The notes under the pieces: model-generated
What the model saw: only the letters and a program-made list of their open reading frames with translations
The model's database searches: none
Told to the model about the DNA's origin: nothing
Made by a program: the position numbers and the translations under genes
In this document: piece after piece, positions 43,223-53,319 of the stretch
How the letters are laid out: each line of letters opens with the position of its first letter
Position numbering within the stretch: position 1 is the stretch's first letter
Assembly: GCA_966112985.1 (NCBI GenBank)
Contig: CBHWET010000001.1
Coordinates: 40,053-104,052, forward strand
DNA: 64,000 bases
Origin: an uncultured bacterium
Lineage (GTDB): Bacteria > Verrucomicrobiota > Verrucomicrobiia > Limisphaerales > JACDHS01
Direction of reading: 5' to 3'

Positions 43223-45687
43223 GCGGTCTCCTTCGCAGCCGCTGCTTCGAGTTGTTCCGCCATCCGATGAATGCGATCGGTCCATTTTTCCGAACTGACA
43301 TTCGCCTGCACGAACGATGCCCAGAGCGGAAATGAAAGCGGCGTCAAACGCGGCGTTTCCAGCAGCGTGACTTTTAAACGGGACACTTCTTCGAGCGTCG
43401 ATTTCATTCGCTTGATCTCCAATTGCCGCTCGAGCACTTCACGACGCGCCTGCTGCAACAACAGATTCTCAGGATCATAACGGGAAAAGACGTCATAAAA
43501 AAGTCCGCTCGATGCCTGGATTTGCCGCGTGCTCTTGGAGGCGCCGGGAAATCCCTGGAATACCAGGCCGGCGATGCGAGCGATTTCGCGGAATTGACGT
43601 TTCGCCAACTCCGTGGAATTCAGACACGCGAGCAAATCATCGACGAGATGATCCGGCGTAAGAACCCGTTGCCACTGCTTTGCATCAAGGGAAACATCGG
43701 CACTACAGAGAATCCCAAAACCGTAATCATTGATCGTGACCGAAAGTGAACGGGGAAGAATCTGCGCAATGCGATGGGCGAACAATGCCGCAAGCCCTTC
43801 GTGCACCAATCGCCCGCCAAAGGGAAAAATAAAATGATGCGTGCCGTCGCGCAGCGTTAAGCGTTCGATGAGCAACTCGTCGGGATTCGGAATGGTCGAC
43901 CACGAGTTTTGAATTTCCAGCACTGGACGCGCGGCTTTCATCTCGCGCCCTTGGAAGACGCCATTTTTGGCCTCGGACATTTTGACGCGAACAAACGCCG
44001 CGAGCTGGGAGGAGAGCGGCATCTTTCCACCCATCCATTGCGGAACCGCGCCGCCAGCCTTTTTTGCCCGACGCACATACGCCACCATGTCCCGGACGCG
44101 AACAAATTCGAGCGCATGGCCGGCAAAGCTAAAACGCTGGCCGGGTTTCAAACGCGCAACAAACGACTCCTCCGTCGTCCCGAGCGAACCCCCTTTGACG
44201 AAACGAATCGAAACCGCGCTGTCGCTTGTAATGGTGCCGATGGACATGCGATGAAAGTGCGCCAGGTGCGGCTCAGTCATCGAGTATTGGCCATCGGCTT
44301 TTACGACACGTTTGAACTGTGGATACGCCTGCAATGCCGAACCGCCGCGTGTGACGAAGTCGAGACACCATTGCCACTCAGCATCGGTGAGATGTCGATA
44401 AGCGTGGGCGCCTTTTACTTCTTCACGCAACGCGCATTCATCGAAACCACCACCGAGAGCGATCGTCACCATGTGTTGCACGAGCACATCGAGCGGACGA
44501 TCGAGTGGCTCACGTTTTTCCAAAGCCGTTGCAGCAATTGCTTCGCGCACCGCCGCGAACTCAACCAACTCCAACGCGTGAGCAGGCACGCAAATAATTC
44601 GACTCACGGCGCCCATTCGATGCCCGCTGCGCCCGGCACGTTGAAGAATGCGGGCGACACCTTTTGGCGCGCCCACCTGGATCACTTGTTCGACGGGTGG
44701 AAAATCGACGCCAAGATCGAGGCTCGCCGTGCAGACGACGCAGCGAATGGAACCTTCGCGCAAACGATTCTCTACCTGCTCGCGCAATTCACGATCAACC
44801 GAACCGTGATGCAGCGCTACCTCTCCAAGCCACTCGGGCTTGGCCTCAACCAACGCACGAAACCATATTTCTGTTTGCGACCGTGTATTCGTGAACAGCA
44901 AAGTCGTCTTCGCGCGCTCAAGATATTTTAAAACCTGCGGCAGCAGATTGAGTCCCAGGTGGCCCGCCCACGGAAATCCTTCCACATGTTTTGGGATGAG
45001 GACCTTTACTTCGATCTTCTTCTTCAAGTCGGCGGAGATCATGACCGGTTCCGATGCCGGGTTGCTGCCGACGAGAACGCGCATCGCTTCGTCAAGATTG
45101 CCTAACGTTGCAGAAAGCCCCCATGTGCGCAGATGTGGAAACCAGGCACGGAGACGCGCGAGGCAAAGCTCGGTTTGAACACCGCGCTTGCTCCCCATCA
45201 ACTCGTGCCATTCGTCGACAACGACAGTCTTCAACGACTGCATTTTCTCGCGGGTATCCGGATGAGAGAGGAGAAGGGATAAACTTTCCGGCGTTGTGAC
45301 GAGGGCACTGGGAAATTCTTTTCGTTGCTTCGCACGCATTGCCGCGGAGGTGTCCCCGGTTCGCAATTCAACCCGCCAGGGCAGTTTCAAATCGGCCACC
45401 GGTTTCGACATCGCGTTTACCGTATCGTTGGCCAGCGCGCGGAGTGGCGTAATCCAAAGCAGTTGAAGCGGAGCCGTTTCACGGGGCTTTTCGGGGTGCG
45501 CCTCGAGCCACTCCATCAAAGCCGGTATCCACGTCGAATAGGTTTTCCCTACACCAGTCGGTGCGTGCACAAGGCCGCTTTTGCCGTGAAGAAATGCCGA
45601 CCAAACCTCGCGTTGATAGGAGAAAGGTTTCCAATTCTTCGATTGGAACCATTGTTCAAGGATGTCGGTCGCTCGGCCGAACTGCAC
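43219..45687 (-). CDS. Ligase-associated DNA damage response DEXH-box helicase (Lhr-core type)
   Basis: 822 aa with a GTG start. It has motif I (LVHAPTGVGKTY), motif II (VVVDEWHEL) and motif VI (LQRAGRSGHR). It is coupled to pdeM. Confidence 0.85.
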   Translation of the reverse strand: MQFGRATDILEQWFQSKNWKPFSYQREVWSAFLHGKSGLVHAPTGVGKTYSTWIPALMEWLEAHPEKPRETAPLQLLWITPLRALANDTVNAMSKPVADLKLPWRVELRTGDTSAAMRAKQRKEFPSALVTTPESLSLLLSHPDTREKMQSLKTVVVDEWHELMGSKRGVQTELCLARLRAWFPHLRTWGLSATLGNLDEAMRVLVGSNPASEPVMISADLKKKIEVKVLIPKHVEGFPWAGHLGLNLLPQVLKYLERAKTTLLFTNTRSQTEIWFRALVEAKPEWLGEVALHHGSVDRELREQVENRLREGSIRCVVCTASLDLGVDFPPVEQVIQVGAPKGVARILQRAGRSGHRMGAVSRIICVPAHALELVEFAAVREAIAATALEKREPLDRPLDVLVQHMVTIALGGGFDECALREEVKGAHAYRHLTDAEWQWCLDFVTRGGSALQAYPQFKRVVKADGQYSMTEPHLAHFHRMSIGTITSDSAVSIRFVKGGSLGTTEESFVARLKPGQRFSFAGHALEFVRVRDMVAYVRRAKKAGGAVPQWMGGKMPLSSQLAAFVRVKMSEAKNGVFQGREMKAARPVLEIQNSWSTIPNPDELLIERLTLRDGTHHFIFPFGGRLVHEGLAALFAHRIAQILPRSLSVTINDYGFGILCSADVSLDAKQWQRVLTPDHLVDDLLACLNSTELAKRQFREIARIAGLVFQGFPGASKSTRQIQASSGLFYDVFSRYDPENLLLQQARREVLERQLEIKRMKSTLEEVSRLKVTLLETPRLTPLSFPLWASFVQANVSSEKWTDRIHRMAEQLEAAAAKETA

Positions 45688-45700
45688 AGTTCAATGTGTA

Positions 45701-45727
45701 CCAAAAAAGCGCCCGACTAAAGTCGGT
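45701..45727 (-). terminator. Candidate rho-independent terminator after the heme-binding protein gene
   Basis: The minus strand reads AACCGACTTTAGTCGGGCGCTTTTTTGG: a short stem (CCGAC/GTCGG) followed by T6. It lies 17 nt downstream of the stop at 45744. Confidence 0.4.
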
Positions 45728-45743
45728 TCATGAGGCGTCGAAA

Positions 45744-48700
45744 TTAATTCGAACGCAGATATCCAATTAAATCAATTAACTGCTGCGGCTGCAGTGGCTC
45801 CAAAAGTCCTTCGGGCATCAAGGACGTTGCCGACTCGTTCAATGTTTTGATGTTATCTCGCGGGACAACACGCTTTTCATTGCTGCGGCTCAAAATGGTG
45901 ACGGAACCCGGATTGGAATCGGCCATCAACCCAGAAACAACTTCCCCATCTTTCGTTTCAAGTTCGAAGGCAACGTACTCGTTCCGGATATAACCACTGG
46001 GGTTCACGATGTTAGCCAGCAGGAAATCGATGTCTTTGCGGTCAACACCGGTCAGGTCGGGGCCAATCGAATTTCCTTCTCCGAACAACTTGTGGCAAAC
46101 ACCGCACGATTGCTGAAAGAGCTTCTTTCCTTCCACAAGATTTGGTTTCGGCTCACGGCCCGCAGCGCCAGAGGGTTTAAGGACCAGCTTCAACTCGTTA
46201 ATGAAATTCTGTTTGTCCGTCGGTGAGTCGCTTTGGAATTTTCCCCACATTTTCTGAATGCGGGCTGTGAGCGCAGGGACTTTTAAACCGGCCATTTGTC
46301 GCACCTGCTCCATCGAAACTTCTTTCAAAGGAATCACCCCTGCTTCCACAGCCGTCATCAACTCTGCAGCAGATGCAGGCCGGGCGGCGAGAAGTTGAAT
46401 GGCCCTCGCGCGCAACGGCGGCGAGAACTTCGGATAGAATGCGATGATTTTTTGCGTCGCCTGTTCTGAGGGCAGTTGCTGCAACGCTCCGAGCGCAGCC
46501 GAGCGCACCCCTTCCGATGAAGCGTGTTCCAGAATAGTAAGGAAGTGTGGAATCAGTTCCGGCTTGCGCGTCGCCGCCAGAGTTTCGATCAACGTGATGT
46601 GTTCAGCTTCGTTGCGTTTGTCGTCGCGGATTCGTTCGAGCGCACTCGCGTGCGCTTCTGGCACTCCGAATCGAACGCCTGTTTGCAATACTAACGGATG
46701 TTCCCGGGCTTCTGCGGGCAATGCTGCAAACCATTGCCCCACAGCGCCAGATGGTTTCGGCGACGTCCGTCCCGCTAATGCTTCGTTCATACCCCGAAGC
46801 AACGCCTCGGTTTCGGCGGTCAAACGCCAACCATTCACCGGAGGCGCAAATTTTGCCGCATCGTTTAACAACGTCACACACGCTCCGAGATCAATCGCGG
46901 TTCCTTCAGTGGTATAACGACGTGAAATGCGTTGCAAAATATCCTTACGAACAAGCCGGGATTGCCAAACGCGTTTGTCTGCAAAAATCTTCAGGATGCC
47001 CGCGCGGTTAGTAATTGCATGCTCCTCCATCGCCCACCAGAGCAGTAAAGGAATATGCGGATCTTCACTGTCGTCGCGCAAAAGAAGTTCGTGCAGGACC
47101 GGGAGTGCGATGTTGGGCGACAACCGGCGAATGGAACAAGCCAACTGGGCGCGGACATCGGGGCTGCTGTCCGTCTTCGCCATGTAAACCAACGCCGCAG
47201 CGGGTTTTTGTGAAATCCTCCTTTTATCGCCAAGGAAACGAACGGACCATTTGCGGACGGTTTCATTGGAATGGACGAGACCGCTGAGGGCGACTTTGTC
47301 ATCAAATCCGCCACTAACATACAGCGCCCATAATACTTCGGTTTGGAGATGGCTGCTACCGCGCGACAGTTGTTCTATCAGACGGGGGACAACGGTCCGG
47401 TCGTGACGCTCTGCGAGCAGCCGCTGCGCGCCGCGAACAAACCAGTCGTTAGTATGGCCAAGCAAATCTACGAGCTGGCTGCTGGAAAGCTTTTGGAGGT
47501 TGAACGGAACCGGAACTTTGTTCGCGTCCGCATCATTCCGTTCAATTTTATAAACGCGCCCGTTGCTCCGGTCCCACGTATCCAGCGGATCGACGTGGGT
47601 TGCTCGTTTGTCACACCAATCCGCAATATAGAGCGCTCCGTCCGGCCCAGCGGCGCAGTCGACCGGGCGAAACAATTCGTCGTCCGTCTTCATTAAAAAT
47701 CCGCCAAAGGTTGATGTGAACGTTGAGCGCTGCCGATCGAGGGTCGCCCAATAAACAGCGTGATCCAGTGTGTTTCCAAAAACATATTTTCCTTCGAACT
47801 CATTCCCGAACGCGCCTCCGTGGTAAACGATTCCGCCAATAGATATATGCAATCCTTTGTAGCCGGAGAATGGGACATGATCGAAATAGCCGTAGGCGTG
47901 AGGATTGTGCAGGGCGCCGTGTTTGCCGAAGTTTTTGATGTAATAGGCGCCCTGCCGCATGTGGAGCATTTTTTCGTAATAGTTCGTTCCCGCGAAAATT
48001 TCGCCGTCCGAATCAAAATCCATTCCCCATGTATTACCGCCACCTTCAGCAAACACTTCGAACGCGTGGGTCACTGGATGGTACCGCCAGATTGCCTGCT
48101 GAAACTCCTTCCCGTGAACATTTGCCGTAACCGTGCTGCCTTGGGCACCGTAAAGCCAGCCGTCTGGACCCCAGGTCAATGAATTCGCCAACGCGTGTGC
48201 GTCTTCCATTCCGAAGCCGGAAAGCAACACTTCTGGATCACTGTCCGGGATGTCATCACCGTTCTTGTCGGGATAGAAGAGTAGATAGGGTGCCTGCAGG
48301 ACGAACGCACCGCCGTAGCCGAGCGCCAATCCCGAACAAAGATTCAGTCCAGTGAGGAAATCTTTAAATTGATCCATCCGACCATCGCCATCGGTATCCT
48401 CGCAAATTGTAATTCTGTCGGCGCCTTGTGGACCACGCGGTGGAGGCTCTGGCACACGGTCGTAGGTGGTCCGCAAATATGAGTCGACCTTCACCGGCTT
48501 CAATCCCGCAGGTGTTGGGTACTGAAGATATTGAATCACCCACATGCGACCCCGATTATCAAACGTGACAGAAATGGGCTGGCGAATCTCGGGTTCGCTC
48601 GCAACGAGTTTTACTCGAAAACCATCGATGACTTTCATCCGCTGAAGGGCATCGGCCGGTGTAGCGGCTCGCATCGGCAATACCGTCGCGCAAAAGAGAG

Positions 48701-48767
48701 TCGCAGCGAAAGCGAACGTTTGGTGGTACACAGCGATAGTTTTCGCAAACCGATCGGTTCCTGACAA
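45744..48767 (-). CDS. PVC-type membrane-bound-dehydrogenase-domain / HEAT-repeat / heme-binding CxxCH protein
   Basis: 1007 aa. The N-terminus (FRVKLVASEPEIRQPISVTFDNRGRMWV) is typical of the 'putative membrane-bound dehydrogenase' domain. The C-terminal cytochrome c motif is GKKLFQQSCGVCHKLFGEGNSIGPDLTG. Confidence 0.8.
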   Translation of the reverse strand: MSGTDRFAKTIAVYHQTFAFAATLFCATVLPMRAATPADALQRMKVIDGFRVKLVASEPEIRQPISVTFDNRGRMWVIQYLQYPTPAGLKPVKVDSYLRTTYDRVPEPPPRGPQGADRITICEDTDGDGRMDQFKDFLTGLNLCSGLALGYGGAFVLQAPYLLFYPDKNGDDIPDSDPEVLLSGFGMEDAHALANSLTWGPDGWLYGAQGSTVTANVHGKEFQQAIWRYHPVTHAFEVFAEGGGNTWGMDFDSDGEIFAGTNYYEKMLHMRQGAYYIKNFGKHGALHNPHAYGYFDHVPFSGYKGLHISIGGIVYHGGAFGNEFEGKYVFGNTLDHAVYWATLDRQRSTFTSTFGGFLMKTDDELFRPVDCAAGPDGALYIADWCDKRATHVDPLDTWDRSNGRVYKIERNDADANKVPVPFNLQKLSSSQLVDLLGHTNDWFVRGAQRLLAERHDRTVVPRLIEQLSRGSSHLQTEVLWALYVSGGFDDKVALSGLVHSNETVRKWSVRFLGDKRRISQKPAAALVYMAKTDSSPDVRAQLACSIRRLSPNIALPVLHELLLRDDSEDPHIPLLLWWAMEEHAITNRAGILKIFADKRVWQSRLVRKDILQRISRRYTTEGTAIDLGACVTLLNDAAKFAPPVNGWRLTAETEALLRGMNEALAGRTSPKPSGAVGQWFAALPAEAREHPLVLQTGVRFGVPEAHASALERIRDDKRNEAEHITLIETLAATRKPELIPHFLTILEHASSEGVRSAALGALQQLPSEQATQKIIAFYPKFSPPLRARAIQLLAARPASAAELMTAVEAGVIPLKEVSMEQVRQMAGLKVPALTARIQKMWGKFQSDSPTDKQNFINELKLVLKPSGAAGREPKPNLVEGKKLFQQSCGVCHKLFGEGNSIGPDLTGVDRKDIDFLLANIVNPSGYIRNEYVAFELETKDGEVVSGLMADSNPGSVTILSRSNEKRVVPRDNIKTLNESATSLMPEGLLEPLQPQQLIDLIGYLRSN

Positions 48768-48826
48768 GCCGCCGCAGCCGAACCAAAACTCTCGCCGCCG
48801 CGAACATGATTCTCTAAGTTCGCATC

Positions 48827-51136
48827 ATGAAACCCACCGTGACGGCATTTGCGTTGGCTTTTTCTTTGAGGCTCTTCGCAGCCGAAGAACATTTGCCGAA
48901 AACCGAGCCGCTCACCATGAGTGGCGATATCTCTGCGCAGATGGTTTCGGGAATCAGCAGATTTCTCGACGCGGAAACAGAACGCTCCATCGAACGACGA
49001 AAATCACGTTGGCATTATGACTTTACGTCTATCGCAGCTTACGAGCGCTCTATCGTCGGAAATCGCAATCATCTTCGAACGATAATCGGTGCAGTAGACG
49101 AGCGCGTTCCCGTGCGGGATGATCTGCAGTTTGTAAGCAGCACGCAAAGTTCGGCTGTCCTTGCTGAGACAGAACGGTTCACCGTTTATGTTGTACGCTG
49201 GCCCGTCTTCGACGACGTCTTTGCGGAAGGACTGTGGGTAAAGCCGAAAGGTTCAGCCATCGCGAAGGTAATTGCTTTGCCTGATGCTGACCAAACACCC
49301 GAGATGGTCATGGGCCTGGCGCCCGGAATCGCTCCCGAATCGCAATTTGCACGTCGGCTGGCCGAAAGCGGATGCGAAGTAATCGTTCCGACCCTTATCA
49401 GTCGAGAGGATACATTTTCGGGTAATCCAAAGATCAATCGCTTCACAAATCAGCCGCACCGCGAGTGGATTTATCGTCAGGCATTTGAATTAGGCAGGCA
49501 CATCATTGGTTATGAAGTTCAGGAAGTTTTGGCCGCAGTGGATTTCTATTCGGCGACGAACAGCTCAGCAAACATTGGTGTGATTGGCTATGGTGAAGGT
49601 GGATTGATCGCTTTTTACGCTGCTGCGCTCGATACACGAATTAAAGCTACGGTTGTCAGCGGTTATTTCGACTCCCGGCAAGGCCTCGCGACCGAGCCGA
49701 TTTACCGCAACGTATTTGGATTGTTGGAGGAATTCGGCGACGCAGAGATTGCGAGCCTCATCATGCCTCGACGTCTCGTGCTCGAGTACAGCCCTTCACC
49801 AGAAGTTAGCGGACCGCCGTCCCCACACGATGCCCGCGCTGGTGCCGCACCGGGAAAAATTTCGACACCGGATTTCGGCGTTGTGTCGAATGAATTCAAT
49901 CGGTTGGCGGCGTTGTTGGGCAATACGAATAAAGAACTGTTAAACGCTTCTTTCATTGCCCACGGAAAGCCGGTCATCCCCGGGTCCCCTGAAGCGCTCG
50001 TCCCGTTTTTAACCGCGTTCGGCATTTCGTCCGATCAATTGGACCTAAGTAGCAAGGGTGCGTTAACCACGCACGCAAATGCATCAGTTGCCGAACGGCA
50101 AAAGCGTCTCGTCACTCAACTGACGGAGCACACACAAAAAATCTTTCGAGAGTCGGAACGCAAACGGGAGGAGTTCTTCTGGAGTCGGCTGAATTACGAT
50201 TCTTTGGCGAACTACGAATCATCAACAAAGCCGTTTAGGGAGATATTTCGGGATCAGGTGATTGGGCGTTTCACGAACTCATTTCTGCGGGCGAACGCAA
50301 AAACGCGGAAAATAAATCAGACTGACACGTGGACGGCATACGAAGTCGTGCTCGACGTCTACCCGGAAGTGTTTGCGTGGGGACAGTTGCTCATTCCATT
50401 CGATATAAACGGAAACGAAAAGCGACCGGTTGTCGTTTGCCAGCACGGACTCGAAGGTCTCCCGCAGGACATAGTCACAACAGATATCAACGCAGAGCCG
50501 TACCGCTACTACCAAGGCTTCGCATCGAAGCTCGCGGACCGCGGCTTCGTTGTTTTCGCGCCGCATAATCCTTATCGCGGCGGCGATCGTTTCCGCGTGC
50601 TACAGCGCAAAGCGAACCCGCTCAATAAGTCGCTGTTCTCGGTGATCGCCGCCCAGCACGAGCAGATTCTGAATTGGCTTGAGACATTGCCGTTCGTCGA
50701 TTCTTCCCGCATCGGCTTTTACGGCCTCTCCTACGGCGGCAAATCGGCGATGCGCCTTCCCGCATTGATCGATCGCTATGCGCTGTCTATTTGTTCTGGC
50801 GATTTCAATGAGTGGGTTGGAAAAAATGTCTCCGTTGATTTTCGAAATAGTTACATGTTCACGGGCGAATATGAGATGCCTGAATTCAATCTGGGCAGCA
50901 CCTTCAACTACGCAGAGATGGCCGCGCTCATCGCGCCTCGTCCGTTTATGGTCGAGCGAGGTCATAGTGATGCGGTGGGGTTGGATTCATGGGTGGCCGC
51001 CGAATATGCCAAGGTCCGGAAACTCTACGACGAACTTGGCATTGGAGATCGAACCAAGATTGAGTATTTCAACGGGCCGCATCGCATTAATGGAATTGAG
51101 AGCTTTCGTTTCGTCGAACGTTTGAAGAAAGATTAG
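48827..51136 (+). CDS. Secreted alpha/beta-hydrolase-fold protein (two esterase/dienelactone-hydrolase-like regions)
   Basis: 769 aa with a signal peptide and a nucleophile elbow GLSYGGK. A second hydrolase-like region surrounds IGYGEGG. Confidence 0.6.
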   Translation: MKPTVTAFALAFSLRLFAAEEHLPKTEPLTMSGDISAQMVSGISRFLDAETERSIERRKSRWHYDFTSIAAYERSIVGNRNHLRTIIGAVDERVPVRDDLQFVSSTQSSAVLAETERFTVYVVRWPVFDDVFAEGLWVKPKGSAIAKVIALPDADQTPEMVMGLAPGIAPESQFARRLAESGCEVIVPTLISREDTFSGNPKINRFTNQPHREWIYRQAFELGRHIIGYEVQEVLAAVDFYSATNSSANIGVIGYGEGGLIAFYAAALDTRIKATVVSGYFDSRQGLATEPIYRNVFGLLEEFGDAEIASLIMPRRLVLEYSPSPEVSGPPSPHDARAGAAPGKISTPDFGVVSNEFNRLAALLGNTNKELLNASFIAHGKPVIPGSPEALVPFLTAFGISSDQLDLSSKGALTTHANASVAERQKRLVTQLTEHTQKIFRESERKREEFFWSRLNYDSLANYESSTKPFREIFRDQVIGRFTNSFLRANAKTRKINQTDTWTAYEVVLDVYPEVFAWGQLLIPFDINGNEKRPVVVCQHGLEGLPQDIVTTDINAEPYRYYQGFASKLADRGFVVFAPHNPYRGGDRFRVLQRKANPLNKSLFSVIAAQHEQILNWLETLPFVDSSRIGFYGLSYGGKSAMRLPALIDRYALSICSGDFNEWVGKNVSVDFRNSYMFTGEYEMPEFNLGSTFNYAEMAALIAPRPFMVERGHSDAVGLDSWVAAEYAKVRKLYDELGIGDRTKIEYFNGPHRINGIESFRFVERLKKD

Positions 51137-51226
51137 CCGCAGGAGGTTCTCTTAGCGGGCGACAATCTGAAGCACTGATTGCAAGGAAGTCACTCACACT
51201 TACGTTCGTTACGATTGGATGCCGCT

Positions 51227-51793
51227 ATGACGGACGTACACTGGATCGGTTATCGACTTGCATGCAAAGTGGCATTGGCGCTGATCGCGTTGATCGTTGT
51301 CGTCGGCTTTTCGCAGAGTGGAATTCTGGACACCGTGATTTCAGTGGCATGCCTGGCCGTTCCCGCCACTTTGATTGTTGTTCACGGACGTATGCCGGCA
51401 GCGCTCGCCTTCATTTTCGTTACTGCAGCGTTACTCAGTGCAGCCGGATGGGCATGGAATCTTTACCAAAGAATTCCGCATTTCGACGGCATCGTTCACG
51501 TTCTCAGCACGCTGGCGATGACACTGTTCGTCGCGTTTTATTTCTATGGCGAGTTTCTACAAGTTTACAGAGGCCATTCGCTGTTGCTGGCAATTACATT
51601 AATCTCGATCGGTGTCGCCATAGGCGCGACCTGGGAAGTCATCGAATATTTTCTCATCCCAGCAGCAAAGATGGGCTTTTACGACACGATCACCGACCTG
51701 ATCGCAGATTTCCTCGGAGCAACCCTTTCAGTCCCGCTGGTTCATTGGGCACGAATGGATCGAATTACATCTGACCGTGCTAATCGAGCTTAA
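51227..51793 (+). CDS. Integral membrane protein of unknown function
   Basis: About 188 aa from ATG 51227 (MTDVHWIGYRLACKVALALIALIVVVGF...), with five or more hydrophobic segments. The overlapping frame (51262..51774) is Arg/Ser-rich and was rejected. Confidence 0.6.
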   Translation: MTDVHWIGYRLACKVALALIALIVVVGFSQSGILDTVISVACLAVPATLIVVHGRMPAALAFIFVTAALLSAAGWAWNLYQRIPHFDGIVHVLSTLAMTLFVAFYFYGEFLQVYRGHSLLLAITLISIGVAIGATWEVIEYFLIPAAKMGFYDTITDLIADFLGATLSVPLVHWARMDRITSDRANRA

Positions 51794-53280
51794 GGCAACG
51801 CAGCACGCCAGCCGCGTTTTAATTGTGCGCTTAAATCTTCGACGATACTCGCGTGGTCAGCATGACCGGCAATGTTTATATTTTCGTCAGGATCGTTTTT
51901 GTGATCGTACAATTCGCGCCCCGCTACAGCTTTCGTGTCGCGATTGATCCACTCCACGTATCGATAACGATCAGTGCGCATGGCATAGCCCATCAGGTTA
52001 TTGGGGCGTGGATATTGGCTGAACGCCGCTTTCTTCCACGGCTGACTTGGTTTTGAGAGAAGTGGAACGAAGCTTTTGCCTTCGAGTCCATCCGGACGTG
52101 TTAAGCCGGCCAATTCAGCGAGCGTTGGAAAAATATCGACGAATTCGACGAGGGCATCGGTCTTCGATCCACGCTTTTTCTGCCCAGGCACACTGATCAT
52201 CAGCACCGAACGCGTCGCGATTTCAAAGTTGGTGTGTTTGCACCACATGCCGTGTTCCCCCAATTGCCAGCCATGATCTCCCCAAAGGATAATGATCGTG
52301 TTATCGCGAAGACCGAGTTTGTCGAGAGCAGTGAGAACTTTTCCAACTTGTGCATCCATATAGGTCGTCGCGGCGTAGTACCCGCGAATCAATTCCCGTG
52401 CCTGTTGATCTGAAACGGGGCCTTGTTGTGGCATGCCGTCATAATTCCGCAGCTCTCTCCAATCAATCATTGCCGGCGGGAAAACGTCCTTCGGTGGAAA
52501 AGGATTTTTTGCCAGCTTCATGTTTTCGGCCTTGTACAGATCGTAATATTTTTTCGGCGCATCGAATGACAGGTGAGGCTTATGAAACCCAACCGCGAGG
52601 AAGAAAGGCTGGTTTTTAACTTTCGTCATTACTTCTATTGCCTTTTCTGCAGTTTGACCATCAGGCAACGCCGCGTCGTCGACATCTGGTGCAGACCAGG
52701 GTGGACGGCCTTTGGCACCTTTTCTCGTCTTTGTTTTGCCGTTAGGACCCGAGGGCTTCTTCTCCGCGACAAACGTAAACGGAAAGCTGTGTTCCGTGAC
52801 GTCATCCGGATCAACAATCCGTCGGCCGTCCTTCGTGTTTCCGAGGTCGACTACAAATGATGGGGCGCTCCACGACTTCGGATCATCAAGGCCGCTATGA
52901 TAAATCTTTCCGAACGATTGGCAGAAGTACCCGTTGTTCTTGAAATGTTGCGGTAGAGTTACGACGTCGGGAATCGTATCGCGAAAATGGTCTTCCAAAT
53001 TGTAGATCTTCGTTGTGTCTGGGCGGCGGCCGGTAAGGAGGGATGTCCGGGATGGAGAACAGACGGCCTGCTGGCAATAGGCGCGATTGAAGAGAAGCCC
53101 GCGTTTGGCCAAAGCATCGATGTTTGGCGATTTAATTCCCTTCACACCATAACATCCCAACTCAGGTCGAAGGTCATCCACGGCAATGAATAAAACGTTT
53201 AGTTTCTTTTCAGCCGCCTGGGCGGAAAAGGCTCCGCTGACAACAAGCACACCGAGGGCAAACGCAAAAAACTTTTTCAT
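51790..53280 (-). CDS. Sulfatase (iduronate-2-sulfatase-like arylsulfatase family)
   Basis: It has NVLFIAVDDLRPELGCYG and the formylglycine motif CSPSRTSLLTGRRP. I trimmed the start to ATG 53280 (MKKFFAFALGVLVVSGAFSAQA, signal peptide). Confidence 0.9.
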   Translation of the reverse strand: MKKFFAFALGVLVVSGAFSAQAAEKKLNVLFIAVDDLRPELGCYGVKGIKSPNIDALAKRGLLFNRAYCQQAVCSPSRTSLLTGRRPDTTKIYNLEDHFRDTIPDVVTLPQHFKNNGYFCQSFGKIYHSGLDDPKSWSAPSFVVDLGNTKDGRRIVDPDDVTEHSFPFTFVAEKKPSGPNGKTKTRKGAKGRPPWSAPDVDDAALPDGQTAEKAIEVMTKVKNQPFFLAVGFHKPHLSFDAPKKYYDLYKAENMKLAKNPFPPKDVFPPAMIDWRELRNYDGMPQQGPVSDQQARELIRGYYAATTYMDAQVGKVLTALDKLGLRDNTIIILWGDHGWQLGEHGMWCKHTNFEIATRSVLMISVPGQKKRGSKTDALVEFVDIFPTLAELAGLTRPDGLEGKSFVPLLSKPSQPWKKAAFSQYPRPNNLMGYAMRTDRYRYVEWINRDTKAVAGRELYDHKNDPDENINIAGHADHASIVEDLSAQLKRGWRAALP

Positions 53281-53319
53281 GCTTTGACCGTCAGACGTAA
53301 TCTGAGACAAATCGTTACG

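Noticed and set aside
43909-44931. 340-aa plus-strand ORF (and similar long antisense ORFs at 5695..6261, 9090..9815, 38517..39176, 39408..40070, 41379..42111, 46444..46917)
   Set aside because: All lie entirely inside, and antisense to, long genes with clear family motifs. Their products are Arg/Ser/Ala-rich with no motifs. They are typical shadow ORFs.
51262-51774. 170-aa alternative frame overlapping the membrane-protein gene
   Set aside because: The product is Arg/Ser/Cys-rich. The other frame gives a coherent multi-pass hydrophobic protein.
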